64,000 bases of DNA from a virus, in IMG/VR virus record IMGVR_UViG_3300021964_006878, positions 21,367-85,366 of that record; one strand, 5' to 3'. This document shows positions 59,102 to 64,000 of the stretch, in pieces. The notes under the pieces were generated by a model. It was not told the origin of the DNA and ran no database searches. It was given only the letters and a program-made list of their open reading frames with translations. Position numbers and translations under genes: made by a program. Numbering within the stretch: position 1 is the first letter of the stretch; every line of letters begins with the position of its first letter.

Positions 59102-60178
59102 TCAAACTCCTACTTTAATCTTTTTAATTATTTGCTTCACTGCAATCTGTGAATCAATCCAATGATAGGTCTTAAAGATACCTTCTTCAAGAGTCTGTGA
59201 GTAATCCCATCCAAGTTCCCTACGGACAACATCGTTGTTAGAGTTGCGACCACGGACACCAAGAGGACCATCAATGTGTTTGATTGTTACCTTCTTACCA
59301 GATACTTTTGCAGCAGTATCTACCAGTTCATCGATAGTAACCATCTCCTCAGAACCAATATTGACTGGTCCAATGAAATCAGACTGCATCAATCGGTATG
59401 ACGCTTCGATGCACTCATCAATATACAGGAAAGAACGAGTCTGCTTACCATCACCCCAGACCTCAATCTCTCCACCCTCTTCAGGAAGGTATGCTACCTT
59501 ACGACAGATTGCTGCTGGTGCCTTTTCACGTCCACCTTCCCAGGTTCCTTCCGGTCCAAAAATATTATGATAACGGGTAACCCTAACAGGAATACCGTAA
59601 TTGCGGTGGTAAGCAAAATACAGACGCTCCGAGAAAAGTTTCTCCCATCCATATTCAGAGTCTGGGTTTGCGGGATACGCTGATTCTTCACGGCAGTCGG
59701 GGTTGTCTGGATCTAATTGGTTATGCTCTGGATACATGCAGGCAGAACCAGAATAGAAAATCCTAGTGGCATTCTTACCTTTCTCTTCGTTCATCTTGCG
59801 CTGACATTCCAGCACATTCAGATTGATAGTAACAGAGTTGTGCATGATGTCTGCATCGTTCTCACCAGTGAATACAAAACCTGCTCCACCCATGTCAGCA
59901 GCAAACTGATAGATCTCATCAAAAGGTTGGATATAACGATGAGGAACTGAATTATAAAAGTTGCCTCGGTCACCCTTATACTCTAGGACACGACGGACAA
60001 AATCTACATCACATAGATTACCCTGAATAAATTCGTTTGCTTCAGTTTCAGAAAACTCAGGACGCTTAAGGTCTACACCACGAACCCAGTATCCTTCTGC
60101 TCTGAGTCGCTTGACCATATGACTTCCAATGAAACCACCAGCACCCAACACGAGTGCTTTTTTGACATACTGTGCCAT
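59102..60178 (-). CDS. GDP-mannose 3,5-epimerase-like
   Basis: GAGGFIG, AADMGG, SACMYP, YGWEK, GGREKAPAAICRK, GVRGRNS. Confidence 0.88.
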   Translation of the reverse strand: MAQYVKKALVLGAGGFIGSHMVKRLRAEGYWVRGVDLKRPEFSETEANEFIQGNLCDVDFVRRVLEYKGDRGNFYNSVPHRYIQPFDEIYQFAADMGGAGFVFTGENDADIMHNSVTINLNVLECQRKMNEEKGKNATRIFYSGSACMYPEHNQLDPDNPDCREESAYPANPDSEYGWEKLFSERLYFAYHRNYGIPVRVTRYHNIFGPEGTWEGGREKAPAAICRKVAYLPEEGGEIEVWGDGKQTRSFLYIDECIEASYRLMQSDFIGPVNIGSEEMVTIDELVDTAAKVSGKKVTIKHIDGPLGVRGRNSNNDVVRRELGWDYSQTLEEGIFKTYHWIDSQIAVKQIIKKIKVGV

Positions 60179-60202
60179 AATATTTTTTATACTATCCTAT
60201 CT

Positions 60203-60238
60203 ATTATACAAAAAAAGAGGGGTTTTGGCAACCCCCCT
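60203..60238 (-). promoter_or_regulatory. Sigma70-like promoter of the glycan operon overlapping the upstream terminator
   Basis: TTGCCA-N17-TATAAT superimposed on a GGGG/CCCC hairpin plus T-run. Confidence 0.65.
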
Positions 60239-60244
60239 GTAGTA

Positions 60245-60496
60245 TTATTGATATTGTTTTACAGTGTCTCTAACATAACAAGGGACACCATCTGGATCTA
60301 ACCAAAGAGTATACTGGTAGTCTTCAATAGCAGTCATCAACTGCATCTCATTATCACACAAGTAAATGTCTTTGTATTTTCCACTGTATGAATCCACTTT
60401 CTGAATACGGCAGTCTGGTTTACCATTGGTCTCCAGAACACCTGCTTGGACATAACGATATGGGAATCGTTCAAGAAGAACAATTTGCTTGTTCAT
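60245..60496 (-). CDS. Conserved cyanophage hypothetical protein
   Basis: LERFPYRYV...WLDPDGVPCY. Confidence 0.7.
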   Translation of the reverse strand: MNKQIVLLERFPYRYVQAGVLETNGKPDCRIQKVDSYSGKYKDIYLCDNEMQLMTAIEDYQYTLWLDPDGVPCYVRDTVKQYQ

Positions 60497-60714
60497 TGTG
60501 TAACCTCAACAGTTTCAAGATCAATAGCGATCTGTTCCATCATCATATCATAATCATCAAGCACATCTCCAGTAAACACTATGCCGTCATTCTCATAAAA
60601 CTTACGAACTTTCTTATAGAGTTTTGGGTTCTTTACATCAAGAAAGTATTCACCTTGTGCTGCTAGACGAAGAATACTAATATCCTTATTCTTGAACTTT
60701 TCGTTGAGTGCCAT
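60493..60714 (-). CDS. Conserved cyanophage hypothetical protein
   Basis: FLDVKNPKLYKKV; TTGACG-N17-TATAAT at 60737-60765. Confidence 0.7.
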   Translation of the reverse strand: MALNEKFKNKDISILRLAAQGEYFLDVKNPKLYKKVRKFYENDGIVFTGDVLDDYDMMMEQIAIDLETVEVTQ

Positions 60715-60766
60715 TGTTCTGTGTGTTGACCTGTCTATTATAGAGGAATGACGGATATCCGTCAAG

Positions 60767-60839
60767 TGCTTGTTACAGGAGTCGAACCTGTTTTAATCCT
60801 GTTATGAGCAGGGCGCAGTTACCGAAGTGCTAAACAAGC
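60767..60839 (-). tRNA. tRNA with CAT anticodon (elongator Met or Ile2)
   Basis: GCTTGTT/AACAAGC acceptor, CCTG-CTCATAA-CAGG, ACAGG-TTCGACT-CCTGT. Confidence 0.85.
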
Positions 60840-60842
60840 AAG

Positions 60843-60914
60843 TGGGTCTGCCGAGAATCGAACCCGGTTCATACACTTATAAGGTGTAGGCATTAACCAA
60901 TATGCGACAGTCCC
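60843..60914 (-). tRNA. tRNA-Ile(TAT)
   Basis: GGGACTG/CAGACCC acceptor (one A-A mismatch), TACAC-CTTATAA-GTGTA, TTCGATT T loop. Confidence 0.85.
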
Positions 60915-61085
60915 TCAAGAACCTTCGTTGTTCTGTTCCGTGTATATGCGTATGAGTTCATCATCCGCCGGAACCATTATAGCAGTATTCTTCCCGTTTG
61001 TCACACCTATACTTTCCCCGTCTTCCACTCTGGAAATCAACTCTTCCCAGTTCTCTTGCCAGTGTTCCACAGTGTAAATGTCCAT
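60915..61085 (-). CDS. Phd/YefM antitoxin-like small protein
   Basis: MDIYTVEHWQENWEELISRVEDGESIGVTNGKNTAIMVP fits the Phd N-terminal pattern. Confidence 0.55.
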   Translation of the reverse strand: MDIYTVEHWQENWEELISRVEDGESIGVTNGKNTAIMVPADDELIRIYTEQNNEGS

Positions 61086-61112
61086 CTTACATTTATATAT
61101 GTGTATGATAAT

Positions 61113-61178
61113 TATCAGGGTTCCTATCGCCGCTAATGCTGAACCCTGAAGGACATTACCGCAGTCAATCTCTTGACT
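61113..61178 (-). ncRNA. Candidate structured RNA
   Basis: TTGACA-N17-TATACT (61184-61212), then AGTCAA-GAGA-TTGACT and TCAGGGTTC/GAACCCTGA stems. Confidence 0.55.
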
Positions 61179-61192
61179 CAATTAGTATACTA

Positions 61193-61351
61193 TTAGTTAT
61201 GCCTCTTGTCAAATGGTTCCCAGTGTTGCCAATCATATTTGTGAACTGCCCACATTCCTATTATAGGAACAAATATTAAAATGGTTGAAAGAAATCCTAA
61301 TCCATATGGGTTGTTTAATACAACACCACAAAACCTAGCAAATTGTAACAT
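61193..61351 (-). CDS. Small membrane protein
   Basis: TM helix plus WAVHKYDWQHWEPF. Confidence 0.55.
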   Translation of the reverse strand: MLQFARFCGVVLNNPYGLGFLSTILIFVPIIGMWAVHKYDWQHWEPFDKRHN

Positions 61352-61403
61352 TACTCTTGTAAAAGTGAAAGGACAAAAAGAAATAATCCAACTGAACAAT
61401 AAA

Positions 61404-61709
61404 CTATTGCAAAGGAGATGACCATGTTTTCCATAGTTCTAAAAAATATCGATCAACTTTATACAAATCACCTGTAGGTGGTTGGTCATCAATTTCAGAC
61501 CATTCTTTACAGAGTGATCTCATCTCGCATGTCATTCTATTTGGTGTAAACATTCTAGCAAATGATGACATAGCAAACGCATATCTCATCTTAATGCGCT
61601 GTTCCATTTCCGTCATATTTGTCACTCTCATAGTAGACATTTTCACCTTTTCTGTACCCGAAATATGCGGTGGCACATATAAAGGGTAGTGATCCGAAAA
61701 GTAGGACAT
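61404..61709 (-). CDS. Hypothetical protein (start uncertain)
   Basis: ORF track. Confidence 0.55.
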   Translation of the reverse strand: MSYFSDHYPLYVPPHISGTEKVKMSTMRVTNMTEMEQRIKMRYAFAMSSFARMFTPNRMTCEMRSLCKEWSEIDDQPPTGDLYKVDRYFLELWKTWSSPLQ

Positions 61710-61721
61710 GTGCCAAAGTCA

Positions 61722-61904
61722 TTAAATTTTTTCCTCGTAGATTTTAATTAAGTTCATTACTTGTTTTTTGTCAGATCCACAAGGAGCATTCTTTAAACAT
61801 CGAAGAATTAATTCATCATCACTGATAGTAGGTTTGATAGTAAAACCCCACTTATCAACTTCACCTTCGACAGGTGCTTCACAAGGGTCGAATTCATGTG
61901 GCAT
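61722..61904 (-). CDS. Hypothetical protein
   Basis: ORF track. Confidence 0.55.
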   Translation of the reverse strand: MPHEFDPCEAPVEGEVDKWGFTIKPTISDDELILRCLKNAPCGSDKKQVMNLIKIYEEKI

Positions 61905-62374
61905 CAGATCACATTACCAGGAGATAGAGATTGAAAAATGCTAGAGCAAATATCAATAGCGTAAGGTGCTCCATATACTCCAGAGTGGATATAAGATATA
62001 CCTAACTTAGAACAATACTTTTCTAGTTCCTGACATTTTGAAACATCATTACTACTATAGTCAATAATGATATCACCTGCTTCAAGTAAAGGTAGTAACT
62101 CATCAAGTGTATCTTCTACCTTTTTTTCTGGAAGTGTGATTTGAAATATACCAGGAACTTTACCTGCACTAGTGTATCTAAGACCATCAGATTTAACTGC
62201 CTGAACAAGATACTCTAGTGAGGTCACACACCCACTAATGTATCCTGCTTCATATTGTCCACAGGCACTCTCATAGTTAGTACTACTGTAACCCCAGACT
62301 TCAATTCCCTTTTCAATCATACGGCGAGACATACCTTCACCAGTGCGACCTAAACCAATCATTCCAACTTTCAT
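61904..62374 (-). CDS. Truncated 6-phosphogluconate dehydrogenase-like protein (Rossmann domain only)
   Basis: MKVGMIGLGRTG...VEDTLDELLPLLEAGDIIID; ends at 156 aa. Confidence 0.75.
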   Translation of the reverse strand: MKVGMIGLGRTGEGMSRRMIEKGIEVWGYSSTNYESACGQYEAGYISGCVTSLEYLVQAVKSDGLRYTSAGKVPGIFQITLPEKKVEDTLDELLPLLEAGDIIIDYSSNDVSKCQELEKYCSKLGISYIHSGVYGAPYAIDICSSIFQSLSPGNVI

Positions 62375-62459
62375 TTTGTTCCTCCTCTATACGGTACTGG
62401 CCATGTTAAATGCATTCCCAAAGTTAGTAATATAATAAATCCAAAAACAAATAATGCGC

Positions 62460-62663
62460 TCATAATTGTATATGTAACCAAGGTAACAATGGTGGAATTA
62501 CTCCGATAAGTCGAAGTAAACCCTCAGCAAAAAGTGCGAGAACAACCCAACCAACACACATACTGATAATTCCAGCATTACGATTATGTTTTCGTATGGC
62601 ATCATCTATCATCTCCTGTGCTTCTGTTTTTGTTATATAATGTTCAATCATCCTGAGTGTCAT
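62460..62663 (-). CDS. Small membrane protein
   Basis: EMIDDAIRKHNRNAGIISMCVGWVVLALFAEGLLR. Confidence 0.65.
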   Translation of the reverse strand: MTLRMIEHYITKTEAQEMIDDAIRKHNRNAGIISMCVGWVVLALFAEGLLRLIGVIPPLLPWLHIQL

Positions 62664-62796
62664 CTATATTATCAATTGGGTCTGGTTTACCTGATACAAT
62701 TGCACATGCTCGTTGATAATAAAAATTATCAGTAGATCCAGTTTTTTCAAAAGTTTCCTTAATCTTCATCCAATTTTCGTAGGATGTATTATCCAT
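62644..62796 (-). CDS. Small hypothetical protein
   Basis: Manual: MDNTSYENWMKIKETFEKTGSTDNFYYQRACAI. Confidence 0.55.
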   Translation of the reverse strand: MDNTSYENWMKIKETFEKTGSTDNFYYQRACAIVSGKPDPIDNIDDTQDD

Positions 62797-62912
62797 TTTG
62801 GTTTTTGTTTTAAATTTACATCATTATATTATTGGATATTTATTAAAAGTCAACCAAATATGTTTTTACCATCACAATTTATGTGAGATTAAACATAAAG
62901 ATTAAAAAAGTA

Positions 62913-63164
62913 TTAACGAATATCAAAGTCTAACTTTCTAATCTTTCTTTTTTTCCTAGATTCTTGCCATTCCATATCAGATGACGTTAGTTTTAGTTTT
63001 AGTTTTTTTTCTTGACCATTATCAATCATAAGAACTTTAGATAAATCGTTTGCTGAAATCTTATCTCCATTGATTGTAGTCATATTAGGACAACCACAAC
63101 ACACTGTCCTAGAACCCCGTGCAACCAATTCCTCACCACACTCTTTACATCTTACCTTTAACAT
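62913..63164 (-). CDS. Zn-ribbon hypothetical protein
   Basis: CKECG...CCGCPN. Confidence 0.65.
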   Translation of the reverse strand: MLKVRCKECGEELVARGSRTVCCGCPNMTTINGDKISANDLSKVLMIDNGQEKKLKLKLTSSDMEWQESRKKRKIRKLDFDIR

Positions 63165-63208
63165 TGTACTGTACCAATCTATATCCTCAAAATCAAATTA
63201 TATATGAA

Positions 63209-63280
63209 TGCTCGAAGAGGGGATCGAACCCCCGACACCCAGAATGTAACTCTGGTGTTCTACCGCTGAACTATTCGAGC
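63209..63280 (-). tRNA. tRNA-Val(TAC)
   Basis: GCTCGAA/TTCGAGC acceptor, CCAGA-GTTACAT-TCTGG, TTCGATC T loop. Confidence 0.92.
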
Positions 63281-63317
63281 GTGAGCATTATGGGTATCCA
63301 TAATGCCATATCAATTA

Positions 63318-64000
63318 TTAATTTATAGTTTCAACAGCAGCAAGTGCTTTCTGTCTCAAGTCTTCAGGCAGTGGAACATAACCAAGACCATCAGACATTG
63401 CCTGTGCCTTCTCACTCAACATATAACGAAGAGTTTCCTTCACACCAGTCTTAGACTCAGGATACGCTAGGATCCAAGTAAGGGAGACAATAGGATATGC
63501 GTTGGCACCAGCAGGATTAGCGTCAGCACCACGAAGTTGATCATCAAGAATGATCTTACTCAAACCTGCTGCAGATGTTTCAGCATTTGCTTTGACATAG
63601 TTACCTGCCTTGTTTTGTAGTGATACTTGTTGAAACTTATCACCATTCACATAACCATAGTTCAGGTAACCAATGGCACCAGGAACTTGCTTCACTTGTG
63701 CGGCAACACCAGAGTTACCTTTACCACCAACACCAGCAGTCCACTTTACTGCCTTACCTGTGCCGACATTCTCTTTCCATTCAGGAGAGAATGCTGATAG
63801 TGAGTTAGTGAAACCTTTTGTGGTGCCACTACCATCAGAACGATATACAGGAAGAATATTTTTATCTTCACAACCAAAGGTAGACCAGTTAGTAATCTTA
63901 CCAAGATATACATCAGCAAGTTGTGTCTGTGTCATCTTGACATCACAACCAGGCATGTTGTAAGCAGGAACAATAGCACCACCAGTCATAGGAATGTGGA
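63318..64000 (-). CDS. pstS: Phosphate-binding protein PstS (5' end outside the window)
   Basis: YRSDGSGTT, GKGNSGV, GAIGY, YPIVSLTW, GYVPLP. Confidence 0.95.
   Translation of the reverse strand, partial: HIPMTGGAIVPAYNMPGCDVKMTQTQLADVYLGKITNWSTFGCEDKNILPVYRSDGSGTTKGFTNSLSAFSPEWKENVGTGKAVKWTAGVGGKGNSGVAAQVKQVPGAIGYLNYGYVNGDKFQQVSLQNKAGNYVKANAETSAAGLSKIILDDQLRGADANPAGANAYPIVSLTWILAYPESKTGVKETLRYMLSEKAQAMSDGLGYVPLPEDLRQKALAAVETIN

Noticed and set aside
60179-60245. wcaG RNA motif expected ahead of the glycan operon
   Set aside because: The intergenic region is too short and is explained by a terminator plus promoter.
61086-61181. Upstream extension of the Phd-like ORF
   Set aside because: Non-ATG start lying over the promoter-proximal structured RNA; ATG at 61085 is more plausible.

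Overview
64 kb segment of a T4-like cyanomyovirus (Kyanoviridae-type, most likely infecting marine Synechococcus), mostly coded on the minus strand. In window order it holds: a baseplate/tail module (gp5, CP12, two muralytic tape-measure-like proteins, gp51, gp26, tail tube-like protein, gp4, gp2-like, gp48, gp53); replication and late-transcription genes (gp32, gp59, gp33, exonuclease, phoH, thyX); auxiliary metabolic genes (talC, purM/purC/purS, psbD, psbA, two hli, petF, petE, a truncated gnd, pstS); a cell-envelope gene block; a ~15 kb sugar-nucleotide/glycosyltransferase operon that includes nadE; four free-standing homing endonucleases; and four tRNAs. The most unusual signals are: (1) a double glutamine (glnA-type) riboswitch with a complete 55-codon ORF inside one stem-loop; (2) a perfect -1 slippery site that would fuse gp26 to gp51, like lambda gpG/gpGT; (3) a strongly diverged psbD 3' end next to a homing endonuclease; (4) a promoter-driven structured RNA upstream of an orphan Phd-like gene and two tRNAs; (5) a glycan operon with embedded nadE and a hybrid heptose pathway. 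All calls come from motif recognition by eye; no database searches were run.
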